Origin: Thalia democratica
Lineage: Eukaryota
Assembly (NCBI GenBank): GCA_965202585.1
Contig: OZ241828.1
Coordinates: 46,500,001-46,564,000 of the forward strand
Length of the DNA stretch: 64,000 bases
Reading direction: 5' to 3'
Of the stretch, positions 45,208 to 58,373 are shown piece after piece. How positions within the stretch are numbered: the first letter of the stretch is position 1; each line of letters opens with the position of its first letter. Position numbers and translations under genes: made by a program. The notes under the pieces are model-generated. The model was given only the letters and a program-made list of their open reading frames with translations. It was not told the origin of the DNA and ran no database searches.

Positions 45208-48200
45208 TTAATATCTATTGTGCTCATACGGTCTTTTTGGTACTGGTAAAAGTGGTGGTCTCTCGTCATTTCTTGAAGGTGCTTGACCATGAGATCTAGA
45301 TTCTGGACGAACATTCATACGATTTGGAGGCATACCGACAAAACTTTCTGTTCTGGAAGGAGCAGGTCTAAGTATATTATTTCTGTTATACTCGCCATTT
45401 GTCGGATGACGTCTGGGTAATGATCGTTTATTGAAGCTATTGTAATCAGAATCTCTTATAGGGCTTTTGTAACTTCTACTTAACCTACTTATGTTTCTAT
45501 TTTTAGAGTGTTCGAATTCTGATTGTAAAGGATGTATATTCATACGCAAGCGTTTATCTATGTCCCAGCGAGGAGGCGATCTACTTCTTCTATAGGTTGG
45601 AGACATGTTTCTAGATTGTTTGTGATGAAAATTACCGTAGCTTCTGTTTGAAAAAAGACCGTTATCATAACATGAACTTCTCGGAGACATATTATGACGA
45701 TGATTTCTTGCAGAATTAGGATGTTGGCGAAAACGATCTTCACACCTTAAGTCTATTCGAGTTCTGTCTGAAGCAGTTGGGCTTAATGACATTGGTGCAA
45801 AATTGTCAGCAAACATAGGATCATTACTCATTCTAGACTCATCAGAGCTCGAAGTTCTATTATCATAACTAATGTTTCTGGAAATGGAGTGATTTATACT
45901 TTCTAAACGCTCATTCGGAGATTTTAAAAATTCTTTTACTGGAGACAAACTTTCTCTATGTATTGTTGCTGAAGCATTGTTATTTACAAAAGGTAGCTTT
46001 TCACTGTCTTCAACAAAACTTTTAGAAAAGTTGATATTTCCCTCTTTAATATCTCTAAATCTTTGTGGCGTTGAAGTAAAATATGAAGACTTCTCATCGT
46101 ACATCATTTTACTTTCTTTCACATTTTGTGAGATTATTGTAGGTGAAGAACTTGGTGAGTCACCAAAATCAATTCCCGGCCTGGGCAAAGGTAAATTTGC
46201 AGTCTGCTCTGCACTAATAATACAACAATCTGAATCGTCATCTGATTCAGCAATAACAATCACGTTACTATCAGCATTATTAGCGGTTGGTTTGCTTGGT
46301 GAAGCAGTTGGTTTGCGTGGTGAAGCAGTTGGTTTGCTTGGTGAGTATATATCATTTCCACTATCATTATAGTTTTGAACTTGGTTGGGGTTATCTTCAG
46401 ACATTTTGAACTCAGATACTCCGAAATCTTCATTACTAAAACGAATTGGAGAAGATGGTGGTGATGTATCTTGGTTTGGTGTTTGGACTATTTCTTTTAA
46501 AAGATTAAAATTGATCGGATCTTTAGGTGTTACTGGAGTAAAAACTGCGGTATGTTTTACTGGTATTTTGGTGGAGCAAGAGTTAATTAAGTCAGAATTT
46601 TGTAATCTTTTTTGAGTAATTGGTAAATCAAAAGAATTTTCTTCGGTCTGTTTTACAAATGGAAGTTCTTCTTCCACTGATTGTTTTACAAATGGAAGGC
46701 TTTTTAGCTCATCTTCATCTGTAGCTATATTAGAGTCGTCTGATAACTTTACTTTTGTTACTGGTTCAACTTTATCAAGGTTTTTTCCTTTATTTATTTT
46801 AGAAGACTCTGCAGAATTTTTAAATGAATCTATCAATTCTTCCACTGCTGGCAAGTTCAACACTTTGTCTCTGTTAAAAAGGTTTTATCTAAAGTTATAA
46901 TAAAAATAAAACAATTAAAATGTTAACTTACACAATACTTTGAGTTAATTCAGGTGAAGTGTGTTTAGTTTGCAGACCAAGATCGCGAAATGAAGTAGAA
47001 TTTTTGGAAGTTTGCTTAATATTTGGTAGTACATTTTTATAATTGGATGAAGAAGTTTTAGTAACACTATTATCCTCTTCAGTGCCTTTTTTAGTTTTTG
47101 TCATAGAAAGTTTCGAAGCTGGCTTAGTACATTTAGCTTTGTTTAAAACATTGATACTTGTCTTCGGTACTTCAGTTAGAGAACTTTTTGATTTTGATGG
47201 TTGTACAATCTAATAAATTATAAGCATTCAAAAACTACTTATGAATAGTTTGCTAATAAAGATCCTAAGGAACATACTGTAACAACAATATTTTGCACAA
47301 TACTTGCTTTATTCAACTAAACAAATTTTGACATATTTATTCAATTACAATTGGATAAAGTGAGTACTATGCAAATTGTTGTTAAAATTATTTGTTTTAC
47401 GTAACTATAACACTGTTTATAATAAAAACACTTTGATATTTTTTGATGACAAAAAAAGGTTGAAAATTTTTCCAGGTTTTCTTAATTTCTTCTAGGAGTT
47501 ATCAGGGTTGCCACTCATTTTTCAAATTTTTTTTAGGTTTTCCAAATTTCTTCCAGGTTTTCAAAACTACAAATTTTTGGGTCTATTTTTAATTTAAAAC
47601 TAAGTTTAAGGTAAGAAACTGTGTTAAACAGTATAAAAAACATTGATAAGATACTGTAAAGCTACTTTAAATATGCTTTTTAATAAAAAAAATTTTTGAT
47701 GATGACAAAATTTTCTATTTATATGATAGGTTTTTTTGATTAAAATCGAAATTTTAATACTGAACATGTGTAAATTGTTAAAATTCCAGGTTTTTTTAAT
47801 GATTTTTGTTCAAAATTCCAGGTTTTTCAAGGTTTTTTTTTTCAAAATTCCAGATTTTCCAGGATTCCAGGTAAAGTGGCAATTCTGAGTTATTCTTCAC
47901 TATTTATTAATTTTGTTCTATTGAAACCTGTGTCATCTTTTTATCAACTTCTACTGAAGTCCTTAGTATGATATTGTTTTTAAGTCTCAGCATTGATATT
48001 ACATTAATAATTTTAATACCTAGTTAAAGTTATGAGTTTTTCGTGCTTTCCTTACCTATATTAAAAGTCCTTTGTTTTTCGGGGTGAAAATCATCAGTAT
48101 AAATCACTAAAAACCAACATAGGCAAAAAAAATTTAAACTAGTGAATAAACAATTCCTAAAAACTGGAGACTTGAATAAAATTGTACCAAGCAGCAACAA

Positions 48201-51200
48201 AAACATATTTTTACACTAAAAATTTATTTTTCAAGATATAAAAAACCTATTGTTAACTCGGTAAATCCGATCAATTAATAAAAAAGTTGTCCTCTTATAT
48301 TAAAGATGTTAAACAAATAAAAAATATCATTTTAAATTGTAATTCAACAGTAAAAGTTTTGACAATCTTAAACTGAATACTAGTTTGCGAGTCTGGTAAA
48401 TCAATCATCAAATTTTGCTTCGATATTTGTAGGAATTATTTACTTTATCTTTATAATGTATATTAGAGTTTACAAATACCTTTAATGTACTATTTCTTTT
48501 ACAGGACATACAGTCCATATCGTATTAAGTAAAATAATTTCTTAATTTAACTTCTGTAATTTTTTTTTTTTAGAAAAATAAAATACTTTGTAAATTTTAG
48601 AAATACTCATCACTGTTGGTTACAATTTTTTCAAGTTGCTTATTATAGAACATAACTTTATAAATTACAATTATAAACAAACTAGTAAAACTATTCATTA
48701 CAAATATCAAAGTAATATGTAAAGTTTTGTTGTAACCAAAATGTATATTTTCTTGCTTTTAAATGACCGCCAGGGGGCGTTAGACGATTGTTTATAAAAA
48801 CTGGAAAAACTTGTTTTTGTATCTTAATTTTAAGTAAATATTATTTGAATTACAATCAAAATAGTTTTAAATTAAAAGAAAACAATAAAATTATTACAAT
48901 ATTAATTAAGTACCTTGTTTAACAACTCCATTATATGATTTCGCTTTTCTGCGCTAACCATATTCAGAGGACTAGGGACTGAATAATCTGAAATAAAGCT
49001 AACATTTAAATCAACAGTTAAGCTTTTTATTTTTGTTTAAAATGAGCCTTAAAAAAACTAACCATTACTTTTTTCAATAGAATCATATTCATTATCAAGT
49101 TTTCTACGCTTACTATCACCATTATGTTTATTAAAATGAGCCTGTTCATTTAATGTCCTTTTTTCATTTCTATACTCTCTTCGAACTTTACTACTTTTAA
49201 TTGTCGATGCATTAGGTTTGCTGGTTTTAAGGACGTCTTCGTGAAATGTTTCAAGTGAAACAGATGATTTAAACATATTGCAACTAGGCAGTAGTTGTTC
49301 ATGTGTAGTTAACTTTTTTTCTTTTTTTCGTTGTTCGGTAGTTTTTTTATTAGAAAGAAAATCATTTGCCGTATTAAACGGTTTATTGTCATTATTAATA
49401 CTGTTTTCATTAATTTCTAGAGGTATTTTGGACGTCAAACTATCACCAACAGCATGAGAATACTTGCTTAGAACAGGCTCATTTAAAACTTTTTCTTCAA
49501 CTTTTTGATGTTTCAAATCGTTTTTAATATAAACTGAATTGCTCTTATTTTCTGTTAGACGAGTGTTTAAATTCGGAACATAAGTCTGTTCTGATTTTTC
49601 GTTATAACTTAAACCTCTTGATTCAATAGAATCAACAATTTGCTTGTTAACTGGAAATTGTGTCTGAAACATGTTTTTTGTTGATTTTATAGTAAAAACT
49701 GCAATTAATTTCAAAATGAAGTATTAAGTTATAATCTTTTAACATTAATTTTAGTTCCTAACTTTAATCAAAACATACGACTAATCACATTCAAATGAAA
49801 AAATATACTAAAAAAATACCATATTAAAGTCGGAACCATCTTGAAAAGACAAATTCATTGAAGTATGTGCTTTTAGATCTTGACAGTTTTCTTCAACTTG
49901 GTTACTGTAGAACTGGGCTAAATAATTTTCATAGTCATCTCTACCTGTAACAAGTGGGCCGACATACTTTTCATAAAAATGAATGTTATCGTCAACTGGA
50001 TTTCCTTCAAACTCTCTAAAAGTGTTGGATTCAGTACAATTTGAAAATTCATCCTAAAAAAATTATAATATTGAAACAGCAGATGAGAACACTGAATTCT
50101 AAAACTTAACAACGATGTTAGTTTTTTGAATATTGTACAAAGTTTCTAAAAGTTTATGTACAGCAAATATAATTATGGCCACTTTGTTTTGCTGTAAAAT
50201 ACAAATCTTTTAGCTCCTTTGTTTAATAAAAATACAAATTCTTAATAGTATTAATAATAAAAGTAAATGAATTTTTTTATTAATTTTGAAAATAGATTGT
50301 TAATTAAATAGCTTTTAAAAGCTTGTTAAACATTTTTAATTATAGATGCAAACCTTTCGTAAAAAAGTTTCTTGGGTTCATCTAAACCTAAATTTATATT
50401 GCAAAGTTTGAACAATATTTACGTTTTTGAGAAAAAAAGATTATTTCTTTTTTTTTTTATTACTGAATTTCTATCATATTAATTTGGTTATAACTACTAT
50501 TATGCTACGTAAGACAAAAAACATTAAGAAAAAAAAAAGAAAACTTTCAAAACAAATATCATTGTTTTGTTTAGTTATATGCCCTATCAAATAGTCTAGT
50601 CAACAGTGTAATACAAAACATAGAATATATATTTTGATCTACTATTAAAACAAAAGTCAGAATTTCAAAATTAGTTACTTTATTAAATGGAAAAAATACT
50701 TTTAATTACTCAATATAATTTTAATCAAAATAATATAGAAAACTGTTACTTTAGTAGAATATGCCCTTTGTTTTTAACAGCTAAATTGACACGCTTTAAA
50801 AATAATTATCCTCAAATATAAACCACATCACAGTGTATGTTCTTTTTCTAAGACTAAGGTACATTAGTTAAAGCAGAAAAAATCATCGTACGAGTTAAAA
50901 GAATAAGTGATAAATTCAAATTTGAAGTTAGGTAATTTAAAAAAAAATTTTAACTTTCTATCGTAAAGATCGAACGTCTAAAAAAGATAATGAAAATTTT
51001 TTATGACATGGAAACTGTTGTTACTAAAGATCTGGTCATTACAAAATCTTTAAAACTGCAGCTTATTAAATACTAAATATTTTCAAAAAAAATTGAGCCA
51101 AGAAGTTGAATTGATACTTAATTTCAAAGCATCAAATCAATAAAATACATTTTTTGTGCAAACTTAAGTTTGCTCGTAAGCGTTAAAAACAACTTTTTAA

Positions 51201-54200
51201 CATTTTTATTAATAGGAAAAGTTCATAAATTAATTTTTTATTGGAAGCACTTTGTGTCTAGTTTTAGAGGAATTGTTTAATTAGTAAACTTAAATATTAA
51301 CCTAAATAACAAAGCTTAAATTTGAGTTAGAAGTCAACTTATATCTAATGCAACAAATCTAATTCATTTTAAATTTAAAAATGGTATTAGCTATAAGCTA
51401 GCGATACCTTACTTATATCAAAAACAAAAGCTATTTTTATATTAAGATATTTTAAGTTGTTTTTAATAAAACTATCGTGATCACTATTTTAAAGTTAAAA
51501 ATAATAACACACTAAAAGTAATAATAAGAAATTTACAGAAACTTACTTTTATATCTAAGAGTTTCCAATCCCAATTTAAAATTGATATGTTTTTATTTTC
51601 ATTATCTTCAATATGACACTTTTCAGTAATTAATTCAGGTAATAATCCAATTTCTTTCCAAGTACTAATCACATCATGATCATTCTTGTAAAATTCTCTT
51701 TCTTTGTTATCAAGAAAGTAATCTGAAAATAAAACTTTTTTCTAGTCTAGCTTGATCAATTGTATGCTTACTCAATACATTCTACGTAATTTAAATTTTG
51801 TAAAGTGAGATTAAATAAGTGTTTAAAAAAAATTTATTTAAAAAAGATGAAGTTTGAATTTTTTTATACTACCTTTTAAATTAAGAGTTGGAGTGACAAC
51901 AATTGCAAACATGAAGTTATGATCAGGTGTAGATTTTGAGTACTTCAAACCTATTGATTCAGAAAACGAACACTGAGGCAGCAAGTACAAAAGACCTCCT
52001 GCTGAAAAGCGAACCACAGCAGCACTATTTTTGCAAACTAAGTACTGCGCAAAATCAAAAAATACATTTTCTGGTTTAGAACTACAGCTGTGAACAATGG
52101 ATAAATTAAAGCATTTTCCCTCCAGCATAACTGTAATCAAAAAACTTGAATTGTGGTAAACAGTGAAACATTAGCTAAATTTGTACTTAAAATTTTAGTG
52201 ATAAGACTAAAAATATTTATAACTTAATTTATCGCTTGCTACCAACAAAACTTAAAACAATTCAATTAATACTAACCATTTTGATTTCCACATGTCATAA
52301 CAAGGTTCTTAGACGGAATAAGGGTTTTCAGCAAATTAGTTTCAATAATTTCATTAACTTGCAATTCAAAATCACTATATATAAAGTTTGATTTTCATTT
52401 AATTTTATAAAAAGACTTTCATTAAACAATAGCTATTTCAAAGTGCTACAAAGAATAACATAATTAGATGTGTAATTGAAATCTATTTTTGAAACATAAA
52501 CACACGTATTAACTAACATAGTTGGGCATAGCAAACCATCACAAGCAATTGTCAAAAACTCAATATCTGCTCTCTCGTTATTTTGGAACTTTAAACAACA
52601 TTTCCAATACTGATCAAACTCTTTGTTCTTTAAATCTTGTGTTTCAGTCATAGGGATGCTATTTGATGCAGTGGGAGTGCAGAAAGTACTTTTAAAATTC
52701 TTTTTAGATAGTGTTTCTTGGGTTTTAGTAGTCATTACTTTTCGGCTAATTTTTTTAATAAAAGTTAGTTTATATAAATACCGGAGAAAGATAAATGATT
52801 ATAGTTAACTAAAAAATAAAGTATAACAATATAACAACACTTTCTAAAAACTTATAAGTATTTTAAATATGTAAGGATAATAAATTATTTCAAAGATTAT
52901 TTTTCATAGTTGGATAAAGCACTGTTTCTTATTAGCTATAAAATTAGATTACATACCAAAAATTGGTATGTTTACGTTACAAAAATCATAATTTTAAACC
53001 TCTTAGAATCCTTGCTATCTTTATGTAAAGTTAAAGATACTGGTATAGTATCTGCTTTAGAGATTCGAAACTTGACGTAAGGCAGTAACTGTCTAGGCCG
53101 TTTAAGCATCTTAACATCATCATAGTCATACACGTAAAGCTAGATATTAATATAATGTAGTTAGTTCATTGAAATTTAAATATTCTCGAATTTTAAATAC
53201 TTCATTAAGAATTTTTTTTTATCAGATTAAGAACTATGTCTAGTATAACTTTTTCTATTAACTCCATAAAAAATTAAATACCGAATTTTCAAAGAAAACA
53301 TTTTGCCGTATGTTTTTCCCGTTTTTATTTCTGAAAACATAACAATCATAAGAAGGGTCTGGCTCAGGAGCAGAGTCTTTTGAAAAGAACTGATTGTGTA
53401 CTCTCGACTTTCCCTATAAACATTATTTTAAAATATTAAAAAAATAAACTATCTCCTATACAAAATGAAGTTTACATTAGATTAAATTAATTTTTTCAAT
53501 ATTACACATATTAATATACTATTAAATTTATGTTTGTTGTTATAAATCAGGATTTCCCGAAGTGGGCCGTACTTTACAATTTTAGAGTGACAATCTTCAA
53601 TTAGGTCTTATAATTAGATGAAACGACAAAAATAGCCTATTATATTAGTTGTAACTGTGTATCCTACTAATTGTAGAATTTTTAAGAAGATCTTTACTTT
53701 TTCATTTTCAATATAATTATTTAGAATTAGCCCTTAGAAAATATTATTAAATAAATAATCATTAAAACTTGAATGCTAGCTCACTTGCTCTCAATTATAA
53801 AACAACTTTAACTACATCAACACAAATACACTCACTTTATGAAACTTTAATAATTAAACTCACCTTTTTGAAAAAAAACATGAGTAAATCATTTTAAAGT
53901 CCATTATTGGTAAGCAAGTTTTTAGTATTTACTAAAAATCAAAAAATTAAATATTTACAAATTTATTTTAGAAATTCAGAAACTTTCAAGCATTTGTACT
54001 TCAGATTTTGTCTACAAAAACAAAATGCTTAAAAAAAGTTCACAACTTAAAGGTCTACTCAAAAACATATTTCAAATTAGTTTTCAAACAATAATAATAA
54101 TAAAAGTCCAAATTAAATATTCTATTTATTACCATGTTTCAGTGGTAAAAAATTCCGATCTTTCAAACATTACTAAAATAGTAAACTAGCAATTTGTTTT

Positions 54201-56501
54201 ATAAAATTCAAAAACTTTTAAACACTTGAACAGACAAAACGGAAATTTTGCCTAATTTAAAAAAACTGAGTTAGCCTGGTGCGTATTAACCTTGCTAGAT
54301 AAAGCAGCATATTAGTTTGAGATTTAATTAATAATTTACTTCAATTATTTAACTTATTATTATTTATTAAAATAATCTATTTTATTATTATTAAAAAATA
54401 AAATTTACTTTTTTGTTTTAGTTATTTAAAAATAGTAGCTTTAATTTTTTTCTGCCACAATGATTGTTTACAAATAGGATGCGTTACTTCAATTTTATAC
54501 TTAATTTTATCATATTAACTCATTTTTGTAAAATCAAAAAAAGAAACCACTTTTTGTACTTATCAAAAGTTGTGTTTATTCTGATAAACATGACTAAATC
54601 ATTATGCATATATAAATTGATTTGAATAGAATAAATTACTTTTAACAACTGAAACATCACAACATATCCAGTTGTCATACTATTATGAAAGTCCGGTTTC
54701 AATAAGTCTGCATGCTTTGAAACACAAACTCCTTGACCTGGCTTTCCTAGCTCTGGATAAAAAAGAGAATTATCACAAGACAGTCCTTCAGTGCATATTT
54801 TTTCCATCTAGAAAATTATTTAGAATTACTATAAACTTTTTATTGATTATAACAATCTTAAAGTAAAATCAAAAATATTTATAACACAAACAAAGTTTAA
54901 AATGCATTAGTGATAAGTTAGTCAAAATTAAATTGTATAAAACAAAATATATATAAAGAGATCTTTGAAAAAAATTTTGTAGGCAAATATTTTATGACAT
55001 CAAATAAGTTTTTGATGTTTAGGACCTAACACTTATTACCTTATCCCTGATAAAAGGTTTACAATTACAATTTTTTATTCATACTACTTCTCACAGATAG
55101 GTAATATTTTCTTTAAACTACTTTTATTTGTTTTCTTTTGCTAAAAATCAATAAGAACATAAATAGATACCATTTTTTGTTCAAACGACAATAGGTCTGA
55201 TATCACTTTACTTAAAAATATTTAAACCTAACTCTTTTGAATTTCTGTTATGTACAAAAAACTAATACACTCCTGAAAATAAATAAAACTTAAAAACAAT
55301 ACCTAAAAATTTCTAGCTTGAACTTTACTTTTTCATTTTACTCTTGTTTGAAATAAAAGTAAACTGATAAACATAAAATTGTATAAGGTTTGATTAGAAG
55401 AACCAGAGTTTGGTGACTACAAATATATGTTGACTTAAACTACTATAGTTTTTATGCTACTTACTTTTCCTTTAGTGTCTGTAGCATATGCGAAAACATA
55501 AAGAATGTTATCAACTTTTTTTCCATCTTCAAGCATAATTTCTTTTTTCTTGTTGTACTAAAACATTTATTAAATTAAAACTATTCTATAAAATAACATT
55601 CAAAATAATTAAAATATTAATTTTAAACAAAACCAAACCTCATTTTTCAATTCTTCATTATTAATAAAGTGTACATCATCTATTATAGTTTTTTTATAAG
55701 ATTCTTGAAAATAGAAGGAGCCTTTAATCAAAGGACTTAATTCTTGTAAATAGTCATTGGAATTTAAATTAACTTCTCTAAAAAGTTTTCCTAAAAATAA
55801 AGAATATATAAATGTGTAAGCATTTTAACATAATAAATTTAAACTATCACAACTATTTATATGCCATTTTATCTTTTTTTAATAAAGAAAGAAGAATTAC
55901 TTTATGTAGTGGAACTTAAACTTGTAATTATCAAATATAACTAATATCTTAGAGTTTAAATTTAGTTATTGACTTTTTTAAATAAAAGCTTTTAGTGCAT
56001 ATATCCAAATAATACATTTTAAAAACTTCAACTTTAACTTCAAATTAAAAAATAATAATTAATCTATTAATAAATATTATTATTTAACATACAGTTCTAA
56101 GCTGTTTGTACTACATAGAAAAACAAAACTTTAGTCAGTAAAGTAATTAAAAAGAAGAACTTGAAAATTCAGCTATATAACAGAGGGCTAAAAAATATAA
56201 ATAATTAAAACTAAATATACTGGTTACAGTAATAAAAATACCACTGACTAAACAATTTTACCTGTCATTGAAGAGACTAAATATATTAGCAACTTAAAAA
56301 AACAAGTTTATACATGAATACTCTTACTGATTGTATTTAATAAATAAAATTAAAACTTTATTTTTTTTTACCTGATTTTGATTTAATTGGAATATGGAAT
56401 GCCGAAACACTTCTTTCAAGTTTTTTTAGTTTACTTTCTTCCTCCTCTCTTTTTTTAGAAGACTTTTTTACAGGTGGTTTTTTCCTTATCTTATTTGACA
56501 T
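45208..56501 (-). CDS. TASOR: TASOR/TEX15-family protein (DUF3715 pseudo-PARP + SPOC-like + long low-complexity C-terminus); HUSH-core-like
   Basis: Exons resolved: 56501-56372 (MSNKIRKK..AFHIPIKSKS), ~55777-55639, 55557-55465, 54807-54640 (MEKICTEGL..LGKPGQGVCVSKHADLL..GYVVMFQLLK), 53413-53282 (GK..PEPDPSYDCYV), 53139-53000 (LYVYDYD..KRPRQLLPY), 52745-52518, 52374-52277, 52130-51873 (..AAVVRFSAGGLLYLLP..), 51722-51547, 50053-49820, ~49663-49063, ~48987-48914, 48106-48056, 48019-47928, 47209-46932, 46870-45208 (stop). Motif order matches my recollection of TASOR DUF3715 (ICEKGL..LGSPSMGVYLSRYADLL..GK..DPTP.HECHV..YYFYEY..RPRHVCPY), followed by a SPOC-type stretch. Two joins (56372 to 55777 and 48914 to 48106) need extra or alternative exons that I could not fix. 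The symbol means 'TASOR-like', not proven orthology. Confidence 0.75.
46283..46345 (-). repeat. 3x 21-bp coding heptad repeat SP(S/R)KPTA
   Basis: Plus strand gcggttggtttgcttggtgaa / gcagttggtttgcgtggtgaa / gcagttggtttgcttggtgag; protein YSPSKPTASPRKPTASPSKPTAN. Confidence 0.9.
47503..47887. mobile_element. MITE, CAGGGTTGCCA-TIR family, complete copy in a TASOR-like intron with a perfect 6-bp TSD
   Basis: TIRs cagggttgccac / gtggcaattctg; direct repeat agttat at 47497-47502 and 47888-47893; many internal ttccagg subterminal motifs. Confidence 0.85.
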
Positions 56502-58373
56502 CTGTAAAATACAAATCATCAATTTACAATTAAATAATTTTTTATTAAGTAAAATTTTAGTAAAAATATTAATTTTTTGTGAAAAGATAATACTTTTCTA
56601 AGCCCTGACTTATTGGTTTCAAAAGGATTTAATTACTTTTAAACTCTTCAATAGTTGGCTTGCTTTTCTTTGCCTCTCTTGTATTTTATAATAACAACAT
56701 ACAAAATCAAGATAAATGTAATCACTTTGTGTGGGCGCTTTGGCGACAGTACTTATTGTTTCATTTATCCCTTTTCTCTTTTTAACACAATTTTGTATAT
56801 TGATTAGTTATGTCTCTTGTGTGTAATAAACGTGGATTTATAGTAATGTGTTTTGAATAAGTTAGATTCATTAGACAACCAATTTATAAAAGTTTATTTT
56901 TTAACAAGGGTTATTAAGTAACTAATTAAATTAATAAATATAGTTTAGGTTTATTAATATTAAATTTCTGCCTTTGACTTGACTCCTCTTAAATCTCTGG
57001 TTTCTTACATTTTAACTAAGTTTAGTCTAACTAAATAGATCACAAAATATTAACTACAAATTTATTTATATGGAATGAGAAAATTTTTACTTAACTTGTC
57101 AAGTGCTTTAAAGCTACTTTTATTTAAAGAACTACTGAAATATACACTAATTTTTTGTTTAACTTGCATTACGCAAAGCAGTTTATCAGACCAAAAAAAG
57201 CTGTAAAACAAAAATACAGAGCTATGAACTTAAAAACAAAAAAGAAGTAAAAATAAAAATAAAACATGACTAGCCATTAATACTTCGTTGATAAAAATTA
57301 AATTAAATTAAACATAGGTGAGTACTAATACTAGTATCTTGTTAACTTGAGTTATTGTTAAGTGGTGTAGTATACATTATTTACAATAATTATAAAGCAT
57401 AACAAAATGAAAATAAGTCTGTACCAAACTAAATATTATCTTTTTATACTAAGATATGAAAAATGTAAATATCAAGATTTTATGGGGAATTTATTTTTTT
57501 AATGGTTTTAGTCATGGTAAAAACATATATACAATACAAAAATAGACATTACAAAGAATAAATAAAAAGAACTAAGTAAATGTTACAAGATTAAAAAAAA
57601 ACACATTAAAAATGAACTAAAAATATCACATAGGGTAATGTGGACACTAAGTAACTAGTTCATTTCTCTTATTTAGGTATTTCTTTTGTTAGCATAATTA
57701 TTCATAAAAATAACAATAACTGACATTAAAATTATGATGGAGTAGGGAGGTAGGCACTTTTTGTACATGTTGGTCTTATTTTAAAGATCTCTAACTAAGC
57801 TAGCAAATGCTTTTTACCGTTTTGTAACAATAAAACTAGTTTTTGAGATACAAGGGTACAAAGTCAGAAGATTTAATAGGCTCCTTATGAAAGGACCAAC
57901 ATAAAAAGGCAAAACAAGACTATTTAGTTAAAAACTATTTTTCTCTAGTTTTTATGATATTGTTCTGTAACTTTCTCATTTTTATTTTTTTAACTATAAA
58001 AATTCTAACTGTGGGATATTTACTAACTTTGAGTAAAAATTTTTTTTATTTAAAAACTTTTAAAAAAAATTATAATTTTTCATATTTTGTTCATAATATT
58101 CTTAAACTTCTCTATTTTTTGGAATTCTTAAAATAGGATTTTTTTATAATGCCATGAACATTTTTTGAATGTTGAGGTCAATTGATCAAAAATAAAGGAG
58201 AATATAGATTTTTAGTGAATATTGAAAATTCCAAGATATTGGTAATGAACATTCATATGTTTGTATCAGAAACAGTCACACAAATGACAATATCTCAAAA
58301 GTTAATAAATATTCTTTCATTTTGTAATTTTGTAAAATGATCTTATAGTACATATTTTTTATAAGGTTTAAAA

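Noticed and set aside
45558-46615. ORFs 45977-46372 (+), 46385-46615 (+) and 45558-45743 (-)
   Set aside because: They are antisense or out-of-frame shadows of the last exon of the TASOR-like gene.
56590-57205. Exon-like segments upstream of the TASOR-like ATG
   Set aside because: All frames contain stops. They are probably 5' UTR exons, so they are not called as CDS. A single-base indel near 56630 would open a frame, so a sequencing error cannot be excluded.
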